Shown here one piece after another: positions 10,265 to 19,370 of a DNA stretch of 29,639 nt. The notes beneath the pieces are model-generated. The model saw nothing but the letters and a program-made list of their open reading frames with translations. It had not been told where the DNA came from and did no database searches. The stretch is from a virus. The number at the start of each line of letters is the position of its first letter. The stretch's first letter is position 1. Location of the stretch: IMG/VR virus record IMGVR_UViG_3300030508_000019. One strand, 5' to 3'. The translations under genes and the position numbers were made by a program.

Positions 10265-11431
10265 TTAAGAAACTCCGTTATAAAAATTAGACGCTGCCAC
10301 ACTAGTGGGGTTTAAAAGAAAAGATGTATTTGCCATATTATCTACGGATGTAGGAGCTACTTGTGGCAGGGTATTGTTAACATTAGCAGCCGCAACAGAT
10401 GGGGAGACTAAAGCTGGTTGACTATTCAATGTACTAAACCCAACACTAGAAATATTGGTTCCTGGTATATTTGATGGAGGTAAATTAGCCAACGATGATA
10501 CTGTAGTTGTACCATTTTGTGAAGTGGTAGCAGCCGAAGCCCATGCTCCATAAGTATGCCCTCGTTGTACATTATTGAGAATCAAATTTTGATACGGGGA
10601 TGTGGAGCGAAATCTCTCTTTCCATGCGATAAAACTGATTTGAAAATTCATCAGCCAAGGTGCTTCCGCCGATTGACTAATAGTAAGGGAATCAAACATA
10701 CCGTACCAAATAAAATTTCCTACCCACAATTCGACATCTTGGTGCATTTTGATTCTACGTCTGGTGAAATCCGCTGCGAGTGGGCCTTCAGCTGCTTGCT
10801 CTCCTTCAAACCAGTATCCGTTATTTTCAAACACCATGACCAAAGACTCTAAATTCCGATAGGAATCTGAAAATGGTTGAAACTGATCTGTAACTCCAAA
10901 GGCAAAATATTGGCCAGCGGTTTTACCGCTGAGATTTACTTGGAAAGAATCTTCTCCCCACACACCTATCTGCCAGCCAGCACGAGTCATAGCTTGCCCA
11001 TCTAAAGTTTGTCGATTGACTTGAACCTGAGACGGGTTAATGAGAAATCGAAAAATAGCTGCTGGTGCATTACCATTTTGTTGTCCGGTGGATGTAACTC
11101 CGCGATGTGGTATACGAACGAGTACATAATCCACGAAGGGTTTCATCGCCCCCGCTGTAAAAAAATCGCTATATTGCACAAGACTTGTTCGACCGGTGGC
11201 AGCGTAACCCTTATCTTGAGGGGATTTTTGTCCCCGTGCTGTATATGCTTTTTCAATCTGACTACTGGTATCGCTGGGGCTAATAGGACAGGGAATGATG
11301 CGTTTCTCTCCGCGAATAGGCAGTTGAACAGGGGATGTTTGCGCCGAATTTCCCGCAGTTATATTGAAATCACTAAAATCGGTACTTACATTTGATCCAA
11401 TATTGGAGTTGTTTGTATTTGTGCTCGCCAT
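10265..11431 (-). CDS. Virion structural protein (388 aa). Its core domain is paralogous to the central domain of the 484-aa lysin-domain protein
   Basis: TAATG start/stop overlap with the upstream gene. Shared motifs with ORF 11431..12885 are TRAGWQIGVWGE..SGKTAGQYFAFGVTDQF versus SRTGMHITLWGM..SGTTGVFMNQYGITDWF, and APWLMNFQISFIAWK versus SPFQWKFSFTFQV. Confidence 0.5.
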   Translation of the reverse strand: MASTNTNNSNIGSNVSTDFSDFNITAGNSAQTSPVQLPIRGEKRIIPCPISPSDTSSQIEKAYTARGQKSPQDKGYAATGRTSLVQYSDFFTAGAMKPFVDYVLVRIPHRGVTSTGQQNGNAPAAIFRFLINPSQVQVNRQTLDGQAMTRAGWQIGVWGEDSFQVNLSGKTAGQYFAFGVTDQFQPFSDSYRNLESLVMVFENNGYWFEGEQAAEGPLAADFTRRRIKMHQDVELWVGNFIWYGMFDSLTISQSAEAPWLMNFQISFIAWKERFRSTSPYQNLILNNVQRGHTYGAWASAATTSQNGTTTVSSLANLPPSNIPGTNISSVGFSTLNSQPALVSPSVAAANVNNTLPQVAPTSVDNMANTSFLLNPTSVAASNFYNGVS

Positions 11432-12885
11432 TAAATATCTCCCACGGGTCCTGAAGTTGTAGTTTGTACTGGACCTAAAGTTTGAGCTATGGTATTAGTT
11501 GCAGATGTAACCATAGTTGTGGTAAGACCTCCTACACTTGCGGATCCCCCACGTTCTGTCAATGTAACAATCGGCTGCGTTGTAGCTTGAGCCAGTAAAT
11601 TAATCTTAGGGAGGGGTTGAGTGACTTGAAAATTGGGATAATACAATGATGTATAGGTATTCTCAACTTGAAATGTAAAAGAAAATTTCCATTGAAACGG
11701 GCTGTCCGCATCTTGGGTCCAATTCAAAGACTTGAAATACCCCAAATAAACATTGTTTCTATACTTCATCCCCACATACCCGCGTGTCATAACATCATTG
11801 TTACGCCCATGTTGTTGAAATGAACTGGCTCCTACTTTGGTAGACCAACCATTCGGGGCTTGTTGTTCTTGTTCGCCCATAGTTCCGTTATAACTATCCG
11901 TGTGATACCACACATTACCGTTCATTTGGAATAACTTCAAAAATTCTACAAAACAATCCTGTGCCGCTACTCGATAGGCTTCTGGGTTTTGGTTAATAGC
12001 CCTTTCTGTATCGGGATTGTTACTAAAACCAGCTCCTACCAATTTAGCTATCTCATCATTAATTTGAGCGGTGCTGAACCAATCTGTAATACCGTATTGA
12101 TTCATAAACACTCCCGTAGTGCCGCTACCATTGATGAGATCCGGTTGCATACCCCAGAGGGTGATATGCATACCTGTACGCGATGGGGTGCGATTGTAAA
12201 CATGCTTACTTGCTATTTCAAATGTAGTCATTGATGTGTTGAGTTCAATGACGATAGGTTGCTGATTAGTGGGGTTATTCAGCGTTTGTGTGGGGTCATT
12301 ACGATCCAGGTATACTACAAAACTCACTGGTTGTACCATACCACGCGCATGAGGATTTCCAGTGACTAAATTTCTATCCAAATACCATGGCGTGGCGCTT
12401 AGACTTGGCTCCGGAACCTGTAAAGGCGGTGTAAGATCAGCCGCTGATAATCCGTAATTAGTACCGGTTGTGTTAGGCCCAATAATATTTCCTACTTGAG
12501 GCGCTACTGGAGTATTTAGTACATTAAACCGGGAAATTCCTAAAGTACTAGCAACTTGAGTTGCTGTATTTGGGTCTAGATGGTCCAAAAAAGCACCGCT
12601 TCCAAAGGTAGTCCAAGCACGGTAACCTTGGGCTTGGAAAATAGCGAAGGCTGCGTCAGCATTAGCTTGAGGATCTGTTATTACATTTTGGTCATACTGT
12701 GGCCAATAATGCCCATCTATTTGCCAAAGGCCTACTGACCCCCCAGGGTCGTCTGGATTATATTTATTGGGATTCCCACTACTCTCCGCTAAAGCAATAG
12801 CGGCCATGATGGGTATTTGATCTCCTGTAAAACCTGCATTAGCTGCAAAACCCTCTAATTGGTTGAAATTATATATTGTTGGCAT
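11431..12885 (-). CDS. Tail-associated peptidoglycan hydrolase (484 aa). N-terminal lytic-transglycosylase (lysozyme-like) domain, central structural domain, and the shared C-terminal module
   Basis: The N-terminus IALAESSGNPNKYNPDDPGGSVGLWQIDGHYW matches the catalytic Glu-Ser ... G-L-(M/W)-Q signature of family-1 lytic transglycosylases (SLT domain), as found in virion-associated lysins. It lies immediately downstream of the tape-measure-like gene. Confidence 0.7.
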   Translation of the reverse strand: MPTIYNFNQLEGFAANAGFTGDQIPIMAAIALAESSGNPNKYNPDDPGGSVGLWQIDGHYWPQYDQNVITDPQANADAAFAIFQAQGYRAWTTFGSGAFLDHLDPNTATQVASTLGISRFNVLNTPVAPQVGNIIGPNTTGTNYGLSAADLTPPLQVPEPSLSATPWYLDRNLVTGNPHARGMVQPVSFVVYLDRNDPTQTLNNPTNQQPIVIELNTSMTTFEIASKHVYNRTPSRTGMHITLWGMQPDLINGSGTTGVFMNQYGITDWFSTAQINDEIAKLVGAGFSNNPDTERAINQNPEAYRVAAQDCFVEFLKLFQMNGNVWYHTDSYNGTMGEQEQQAPNGWSTKVGASSFQQHGRNNDVMTRGYVGMKYRNNVYLGYFKSLNWTQDADSPFQWKFSFTFQVENTYTSLYYPNFQVTQPLPKINLLAQATTQPIVTLTERGGSASVGGLTTTMVTSATNTIAQTLGPVQTTTSGPVGDI

Positions 12886-12927
12886 ATTGATTATTGATTA
12901 TTGATTATTGATTATTGATTATTGATT
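12886..12927. repeat. Perfect heptanucleotide tandem repeat (ATTGATT)x6 (AATCAAT on the coding strand). It spans the TMP stop codon and ends 1 nt from the lysin start codon
   Basis: Six exact 7-bp units are read directly from the sequence. They resemble STRR-type heptamer arrays of heterocystous cyanobacteria. Confidence 0.9.
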
Positions 12928-15900
12928 CCTATTTGGAAGTCCCCCATTCAACCAAGGAGCGATTGCCGGGTGCATCTGTTTACCTGCTTGTTCATTAGAC
13001 ACGCTTGCGCTGTCATTATACCCAGCATCTTGGTTAATTTGAGCACTATAAAAATTATATACAGTATGGGACACCGGTGGACCCGACGGAGACCCCCCAG
13101 CCCCTTGTGGGATCTTGTGTCCCATAAACCAAACGCCGGTATTTAAATCTGGATCCAAATCATCATTGGATTGGTTGCCCGATAATTTATCTAATATTTC
13201 CTGCATTTGGACATCGTTTTTAAACATTCCTAGGCCTTCATATTTTTTTAAGTATTCCACCAAAGCTGTATCTTTATCGATGGTGGTTTCCAAAAGCTTT
13301 TCTCTGTTTTTAACGGCATCAGTTTGATTTTCCGAATTTAATCGCTTTAGTGTTGCCGCTGCTTCAGCCGACTCTTTCCGGGCTGCATCCATAGTTTCAG
13401 GTATTTTGGCGTCTTCAAAAGCTTTTGTAAGCCTATCTGAATCAGTTGGGCCTCCAAAGATCCAACTATTAGCCATATGTTCTACGAAAAATATCAACTT
13501 ATTAAGTAATGGGGCGATTAACTGTTCAAGAACATCAGAAGGAGATATTTCTCGTTTTTGAATACTTGCTTCGTCTTCTATAGACTTTGCTAAATCTGGA
13601 TCTTTTATATCCATGGGCTTTAGGTTTTTTAATACCATTGCTTGGGTGCTTGGTAATTCTTCTACCAAAAGCTGTAGTTCACTAAGTAATTTTTTTGGGT
13701 TTGTTTGCTGAGAATCTAAAGCATCATATAAATCATCTGTTGATTTTGTTCCGTTTTCTACCTCTGATATTAATTCTTTACTAGCTCCTTTAGTCCCCAA
13801 ATCTACAAGAAAAGGTCCTCTAGTTTTATTAGCTTGCCACAGTTCCCTAAATAAAGCTTTTCGAGCATCTTTTTGAGCTGCTACATCTTCTTTCCCTGCT
13901 CCAGGTAACCCTCCTGGCATTTCGTCAATATCTTTTATACGACCTGTCGCCATATCTTGAGAATTTTGTTGGATGAAAGCTACAGCATCTCCCTTTACGC
14001 CTATTGCATCAAGAATCTGCGTCAAAGCCATAGCTGCGCTAGGATTTATTGAACCGGTTAATATACTACTTAAGTCAGTACCAGAATACTTTAAGGCGCT
14101 TAGGACATTGTCTTGGGCGGTAGCTGCTGTTTGATATTGACTTCGTTGAAAAAGAGTAGCGCTAGCCGCACGACCTTCCATTGTACTCCCAGGTGCGTAT
14201 GCTGCGCTTTGTCGAAGAGATAAAGTAAGATTGTTTAAAGCATCCTCAAGATTCTTTCTAGTTCTTTCATCTTGAACATTTGATACGGCTACTCTTTGAG
14301 CTTCAATAAGACTTACAGCTTTTGTTGTATCCCCTTTGGCTATTAAGTCTTGTATAGTAGATTTATCTATTTTATCTGCTCCTACCGACTGTCCGTTAGC
14401 ATCTACTAACTTTCCACTATCTACTTCGTCATTATACATATCAACATAGGTTCCAGCTTCCTGTTGAAACCGTTTATTCCCTTGAATAATTTGTGCTGGG
14501 TTTTTTAAAGCTTCCTGCCACATAGTTTGAGCTAAATTTCCAGAATTTCTTTTGTCACCGCCTTGAGATAAAAATTCCATCATATCTTTTAAAGATTCTG
14601 AACTAATAGCTCCATAGCGACTAAGATTACGCATCATTTCTGTAGTAAACTCTAAAGAACGATTCATACGATCAAAATGCATACTTACTTCATCAATGAT
14701 TTTTAAATATTTGGTAGTACTTATACCTGCCGCTTGTGTATCTTTATTTAGTTGAGTAAAAAACTTTTCAGAACTACGCATAGTCTGCCCATATTGATCT
14801 AACAACTTAAGTAATTCCGTTACTCCTTCTGTATCGGTCAAGCCCGCAACTCTAGCTGCCCCAAAAACTACTCTCTGTGCTTCCCCCAGGCTACCACGCA
14901 TATACCCTCTATTTCCTCCCGGTCCTTGATTGGCTGTATCAGGGGCGTTATCTACCAAGGAACCCCCTATGTTAGTTCCACCCGCCGCTAAACCTCCAGC
15001 TAAATCTAAATTCCTTTCAAAAGTTATTCCCAGCCCCAAGCCCTGCCCCATGAGCCTTGGTGTTAAAGCATTTCTAGCTGTTTCAAAAGCTGTACCAGCT
15101 AACTCCCCTGCTCTAGCGCCAGAGAATAAACCAGCTTTTCCTAACTTCCCCTCCATTTCTTTATTTTGCTTTATGTAAGTTCCCATTAAAGCACTGAGTC
15201 CTACAATAACGCCAGCGAGAACTTCAAGAGGTATCATGATTTCCGGAGCAATTCCTGTAAGTGCTGTTATCGCCCCCTCAATACCTTCGGAAAGAGTGCT
15301 CATGGCCCCTACTACACCGGAACCTCCTTCCATTGCGGCGGTATATCCGATCCCTGTTGCACCTTCAGATTCGAATCCTTCAGCCATTGTTCCGGCTTTG
15401 AAATCAGCCGCTTTTTTACCTTTAAACCCCATTTTCTTCATTAAAAATTGCATACCTCTTTCGGTGGGTTTACCTTTTTCATCAAACTGACGAGGTTCTC
15501 CCGCTTCCTGCATTTTTTTCATTTCTTTAAAAGCGGCGTCTCGTTTATTTGTCATATGCTCGCGTGTCGCAGCAAGACGATGTTTTTTAGTTTCTTCAGT
15601 TTTATCCTTCAATTCTTGAATTTGTTCTAACCTACGGTCTATTTTATAATTAATCCCTTTCCCGATACCGACGGTTCCCAACATACCCATGATGCCTTTA
15701 AAATGCGCCAATGAAGGACGAAGTTGACTAAGTGCTTTAGCTAATGCTAAAACATTTTTTGTAGAATCGCTGACAATCTCACCAACCTTAGCTAGCTCTT
15801 CTTCATTTAGTTTAATCGCCTTACCTATTTCGCTATATACTTTTTTAACTTTATCCAATTCTTTGTTGAGCAACTCAGTCTCAGTTCTATTTGCTTTAGA

Positions 15901-16275
15901 GTCTTTTAAAATTTTGTTATATATTCCCATCAATTTTTCTAACTCTTTCTTTGCCTTATCTGTATCCCTCATTTGATCTTTACCTATTTTTTGAGCTTTT
16001 TTTGACCAGTTAGCTACCTCTTTGTAACTTTCTTGAAGATTGTCACTGTATTTCACAAAATCCTTCATAGTACCCACACCATCTGTAAGATGATCGACTA
16101 CCTTATCAGTCATATCCGCTACTGTGGTAAAAGTTTTTTCAAGTGTCTCTCCTAAAGCTGCCATAGTGGTAGTGAGCCCGGATAAAACATTTAATGCAGC
16201 GGACAAATCTGGATTAACTGGTCCTTGTGGGTTGTTATTACCAGGTCCTTGCGGGTTGTTAGGATCGTCGGGCAT
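12919..16275 (-). CDS. Tape-measure-like protein (1118 aa)
   Basis: Very long, K/E-rich helical protein with Gly-rich hydrophobic segments (GIAPEIMIPLEVLAGVIVGLSALMGTY; GLGLGITFERNLDLAGGLAAGG) typical of tail length tape-measure proteins. It is preceded by a small chaperone-like ORF with a TAATG overlap and followed by a lysin-domain tail protein. Confidence 0.55.
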   Translation of the reverse strand: MPDDPNNPQGPGNNNPQGPVNPDLSAALNVLSGLTTTMAALGETLEKTFTTVADMTDKVVDHLTDGVGTMKDFVKYSDNLQESYKEVANWSKKAQKIGKDQMRDTDKAKKELEKLMGIYNKILKDSKANRTETELLNKELDKVKKVYSEIGKAIKLNEEELAKVGEIVSDSTKNVLALAKALSQLRPSLAHFKGIMGMLGTVGIGKGINYKIDRRLEQIQELKDKTEETKKHRLAATREHMTNKRDAAFKEMKKMQEAGEPRQFDEKGKPTERGMQFLMKKMGFKGKKAADFKAGTMAEGFESEGATGIGYTAAMEGGSGVVGAMSTLSEGIEGAITALTGIAPEIMIPLEVLAGVIVGLSALMGTYIKQNKEMEGKLGKAGLFSGARAGELAGTAFETARNALTPRLMGQGLGLGITFERNLDLAGGLAAGGTNIGGSLVDNAPDTANQGPGGNRGYMRGSLGEAQRVVFGAARVAGLTDTEGVTELLKLLDQYGQTMRSSEKFFTQLNKDTQAAGISTTKYLKIIDEVSMHFDRMNRSLEFTTEMMRNLSRYGAISSESLKDMMEFLSQGGDKRNSGNLAQTMWQEALKNPAQIIQGNKRFQQEAGTYVDMYNDEVDSGKLVDANGQSVGADKIDKSTIQDLIAKGDTTKAVSLIEAQRVAVSNVQDERTRKNLEDALNNLTLSLRQSAAYAPGSTMEGRAASATLFQRSQYQTAATAQDNVLSALKYSGTDLSSILTGSINPSAAMALTQILDAIGVKGDAVAFIQQNSQDMATGRIKDIDEMPGGLPGAGKEDVAAQKDARKALFRELWQANKTRGPFLVDLGTKGASKELISEVENGTKSTDDLYDALDSQQTNPKKLLSELQLLVEELPSTQAMVLKNLKPMDIKDPDLAKSIEDEASIQKREISPSDVLEQLIAPLLNKLIFFVEHMANSWIFGGPTDSDRLTKAFEDAKIPETMDAARKESAEAAATLKRLNSENQTDAVKNREKLLETTIDKDTALVEYLKKYEGLGMFKNDVQMQEILDKLSGNQSNDDLDPDLNTGVWFMGHKIPQGAGGSPSGPPVSHTVYNFYSAQINQDAGYNDSASVSNEQAGKQMHPAIAPWLNGGLPNRNQ

Positions 16276-16904
16276 TAGTTAGTTTTTTCCTTTTCTTCTT
16301 CTTTATATAAGTCTGAGACTTGATCTTCTAGAATAACTTTTTGTATATCATCCATTTGTTTCTTGGCTCGCTCAATCAAACGCGCTTCTGCTTCCGTCAT
16401 GATTGCGGTATTAGGGAACTGCTCCTTCAAGCGATCTTCAACATTTTGGGAATGATTCATTACTACTTTCCAAAGAGTTTCTACAACTTCTTGCCCCCAA
16501 CCCATGATGATGTTTCGCAGCACTACTAAATAATCTTTTGATAGACTCTTATCTGTGGGGTCGGAGACAAATCTTTGGTCTAGGGGAAGGTTACGAAGGT
16601 TTATTCCATTAATCCAAGAAATGGATCGAGAAAGAAGTTCTACCTTGACTCGTTTAATCCAAAGATAGCCTTTAAATTCATCCGCTGCTTGGATAGCCAA
16701 CATTTCATCTGATGTTGGGATGTTTGAAATTTTTAATTGTAGAATATGGCTTCCACTTTTGACAGTGAGAATTTCTTCAAAATCCTCTAGACCAAATCCC
16801 CGAAGTCCTGCGATTACATCATCCAAGGATTTAGGTTTCTCAATCTCTGGGGTTGGTGGGGCTATTTCTTGTAATTCACTTTGTGCTCTTTCTACATTAT
16901 CCAT
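16275..16904 (-). CDS. Putative tail assembly chaperone or hypothetical protein (209 aa from the ATG; an alternative GTG at 16949 gives 224 aa)
   Basis: The ATG at 16904 has a strong SD (aacAGGAGctttATG) on the minus strand. It is translationally coupled (TAATG) to the TMP-like gene, and a position immediately upstream of the TMP is typical of gpG/gpT chaperones. No sequence motif confirms this. Confidence 0.4.
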   Translation of the reverse strand: MDNVERAQSELQEIAPPTPEIEKPKSLDDVIAGLRGFGLEDFEEILTVKSGSHILQLKISNIPTSDEMLAIQAADEFKGYLWIKRVKVELLSRSISWINGINLRNLPLDQRFVSDPTDKSLSKDYLVVLRNIIMGWGQEVVETLWKVVMNHSQNVEDRLKEQFPNTAIMTEAEARLIERAKKQMDDIQKVILEDQVSDLYKEEEKEKTN

Positions 16905-17057
16905 AAAGCTCCTGTTAAGTGGGGTTGCAGTTAAAAAAACCGAAATCACTAACGGTTAATACTCTTTATTTGAAAATTATCTCTAAAATGTTGAAAATAT
17001 GGTCTTTACAATTAGCCAAAACCAGTGTTTTTGATGTATACTAAGAGTGGAGGGAAG
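16905..17057. promoter_or_regulatory. Divergent intergenic control region between the minus-strand virion operon and the plus-strand membrane-protein gene
   Basis: AT-rich 150-bp non-coding gap between divergently oriented genes. It carries a TATACT -10-like hexamer followed by a GGAGGG SD before the ATG at 17058. Promoter positions are not determinable by eye. Confidence 0.3.
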
Positions 17058-17639
17058 ATGAAAACACTTATTCGAATCATACTTGAGCAGTTGCTGATAT
17101 TTAGTCTCCTGCTGATTGCCCCTGTGTTATACATCGTGGTTCCAATAATTGCCTTAGCAGTGACCTCCGACGGCGATTTGTTGGGTGGTTTAGCCTTCGT
17201 TTACTTGTTGTTTGGACCCTTTGTTGCCAGTTTTTGGATGGTCATCACGCGCATGTATAGTCGGCACCAGCGCCTTACCGCTGATGGTTCGCCATATCAT
17301 AGCAGTTTCAAGGGTATGTTTATTGCGTGTGGCTGGATGATTGCTGGTCTCCTTTTATCCGCTGTTTTTGAATTTCTTTTTGTGTGGGTATTTCATTTCC
17401 CAAAAACTGGCGATACCATTGGGTGGATATTATGGTTTACTGCCGCTCCTTTTACTGCTTTCTCCCCTGTATTTTTAGGTTGGATACTTCGAGATCCTTG
17501 GCGCAACTGGCTAAAAAATCGAGAATGGGATAACAATATGAAAATTATGGCGGAAATTGGAGGGGAGTGTAGAGAAGGTAGCGTAACGTGGAACTGGAGG
17601 ATTCAACATGGCTACACCCCAAAACCTTGGATTGATTAG
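17058..17639 (+). CDS. Integral membrane protein (193 aa, about 4-5 TM helices). Function unknown
   Basis: ATG preceded by a GGAGGG SD. Strongly hydrophobic segments (LIRIILEQLLIFSLLLIAPVLYIVVPIIALAV; FVYLLFGPFVASFWMVI; MIAGLLLSAVFEFLFVWVF; ILWFTAAPFTAFSPVFLGWIL). The 3' end overlaps the convergent gene by 4 bp. Confidence 0.55.
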   Translation: MKTLIRIILEQLLIFSLLLIAPVLYIVVPIIALAVTSDGDLLGGLAFVYLLFGPFVASFWMVITRMYSRHQRLTADGSPYHSSFKGMFIACGWMIAGLLLSAVFEFLFVWVFHFPKTGDTIGWILWFTAAPFTAFSPVFLGWILRDPWRNWLKNREWDNNMKIMAEIGGECREGSVTWNWRIQHGYTPKPWID

Positions 17640-18721
17640 CGGTACGACCTAAGCTTACTCAGCATTCCGTTAGTAGCATCCTGTTCAAAATTTTCTCTTT
17701 TCGAGGGTGGGGGATTTGGCGATCTCCCTTCTCGTAATGCTTGTTGACGCTCTCGGACTTGTTGATCCGTCATAATCACCGTTGTTTCAAAATTTATTCC
17801 CGCTGCGGTAATGCCCCTATCCTTGCGAATCTTCTCAATCTCCTGCTTCTTGGCTTCTGCTTCATCAATCATTTGACTTTGCCATGCTTCTATGACTTTT
17901 TCATGTTTATCTCCTTCCATCATACCTTTCATTTCCCGCATTAAATCTTCCACACTGTCGCCTACATGCCCCCAGCCGTCATTCTTGTTCACTTCCTTGG
18001 GTACACTGACAACTTTCTCCCATAGCTCGTCTGAGTTCGTCTCTAACGACCTGGCGACCCCTTTTAATTCGTTGGCTATAGGGTCAGCGCTCTTCCCAGC
18101 CCATGGACGGACAATAAATAAAGCGTTCATATTTTCTTCTAAGCGCTTTTTTGCCTGTTCCCTGTAATTGCAAAGAGTTACCCACATACTGGAATGATCG
18201 GGGGGTGCCATAAGATTGATGATTTTACTATCCGGAAGAGTGATGATTTTATTTTCGAAGGATGCCAATCGCTCTCCCTTCCCATACCACAAGGTTTCCG
18301 ATGATTGGGTTGTAACATAGGCATTCAAATAGGGGAAAAGAGAAACATCATAATTGCTCATTTGGCGTATGACTTCTGTCAAACTTCGAATTTCAAATCC
18401 TTGCATAGATTCGATTTCTTCTTTGTTGAGGGAAGTCGCATGGAGTAGGGTTAAAGCAATGTAATCATTAGGTTCTCGTACCCAGCGCTTAAGTATTCGG
18501 CGTTCTTGGGTGTGTATACCACGCACCCAGCCGATTTGTTTATCCCCGCTCATTAAGGGACGAATACGAGCCCCGATTTCAATCAATTCCTCACAATTAT
18601 CGGTAATTTCTCGCTTTACTTTTTCGACAATCTCAGCGGGAGCTTTTTTCAAATCCCCGTCAGCGATTCGACGCATTAATTCCATGCCCATCGAATTTTG
18701 ACTACCGTGGCTTATCTGCAT
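17636..18721 (-). CDS. Hypothetical protein (361 aa), highly charged and helical. Possible early or replication-associated function
   Basis: Long ORF transcribed divergently from the replication module. No recognised motif. Confidence 0.45.
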   Translation of the reverse strand: MQISHGSQNSMGMELMRRIADGDLKKAPAEIVEKVKREITDNCEELIEIGARIRPLMSGDKQIGWVRGIHTQERRILKRWVREPNDYIALTLLHATSLNKEEIESMQGFEIRSLTEVIRQMSNYDVSLFPYLNAYVTTQSSETLWYGKGERLASFENKIITLPDSKIINLMAPPDHSSMWVTLCNYREQAKKRLEENMNALFIVRPWAGKSADPIANELKGVARSLETNSDELWEKVVSVPKEVNKNDGWGHVGDSVEDLMREMKGMMEGDKHEKVIEAWQSQMIDEAEAKKQEIEKIRKDRGITAAGINFETTVIMTDQQVRERQQALREGRSPNPPPSKRENFEQDATNGMLSKLRSYR

Positions 18722-19288
18722 TTATTTATCCTCGGTTGCCTTTACAGCGCCCCTCATTCCTGATTTTTTGAGAACCTCTCGCTCCAGAGCACGTTGTTCT
18801 TCCAATTCTTTACGCCCAAATTTTGTCTCCATTTCTCTCTCAACTTTGTCCATTATTTGCTCGCGTTCCTCTTCTACTTTCTCAAACGTACGTACTAATT
18901 TATTAGGTTCCGGTGCTTTGTACAATCCTATGGTTGTAAAAACCCGCGGTTCCAGGAAGGCGGCCCGATATAAAATGAAAACTCTGTGGATTACTGATAA
19001 AGGTATAGCATTCATCACTTTCAAGCCTTCTTCTGGAGTATTAACTTTGAGACCCGATATTTCATCCAAAGCGTAGGCCAATTGAACACGCCGCTTATCT
19101 TGTTTCGGTGGGAATTTCATACTAAGCTCTTCTCGCCAGGACAACAAACGAAAAATAAATTCGTACTTCAACAACGAAATTTTCATTGTACTCATGCAAT
19201 TTTGATGCTCATAGTCCCAATACCCAAAATCACTATCATAGTAAATACGAAGAAATCTCGAAGGGTGCAGTATTGAAAATAGTAGCAT
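18722..19288 (-). CDS. Hypothetical protein (188 aa) with a charged coiled-coil C-terminus
   Basis: The ORF is contiguous with the downstream gene. GGAGAcc is present before the first ATG. Confidence 0.4.
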   Translation of the reverse strand: MLLFSILHPSRFLRIYYDSDFGYWDYEHQNCMSTMKISLLKYEFIFRLLSWREELSMKFPPKQDKRRVQLAYALDEISGLKVNTPEEGLKVMNAIPLSVIHRVFILYRAAFLEPRVFTTIGLYKAPEPNKLVRTFEKVEEEREQIMDKVEREMETKFGRKELEEQRALEREVLKKSGMRGAVKATEDK

Positions 19289-19325
19289 GGTCTCCGGGTT
19301 GCTCCGCGAGATTTGTTCTGAGGTA

Positions 19326-19350
19326 GGGCATCAGACCTCAACTGATGCCC
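19326..19350. promoter_or_regulatory. Palindrome GGGCATCAG-N7-CTGATGCCC in the divergent control region between the 188-aa gene and the primase-helicase gene. Candidate operator
   Basis: Perfect 9-bp inverted repeat read from the sequence. No flanking U-tract on either strand, so it is not a typical intrinsic terminator. Confidence 0.4.
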
Positions 19351-19370
19351 CCTCGATTTGAGGAGAAATT

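Noticed and set aside
11431-16275. T7-like internal core proteins (gp15/gp16-like) instead of TMP plus tail lysin
   Set aside because: T7 gp16 also has an N-terminal lytic transglycosylase domain. The gene order here, with no portal, capsid or tail-tube genes upstream and the lysin domain in a separate 484-aa protein after the long helical protein, does not fit the T7 module. This is kept only as an alternative.
16947-16949. GTG start at 16949 for the chaperone-like ORF (224 aa)
   Set aside because: The in-frame ATG at 16904 has a near-perfect AGGAG SD with 4-nt spacing, while the GTG has none. The 209-aa product is preferred.
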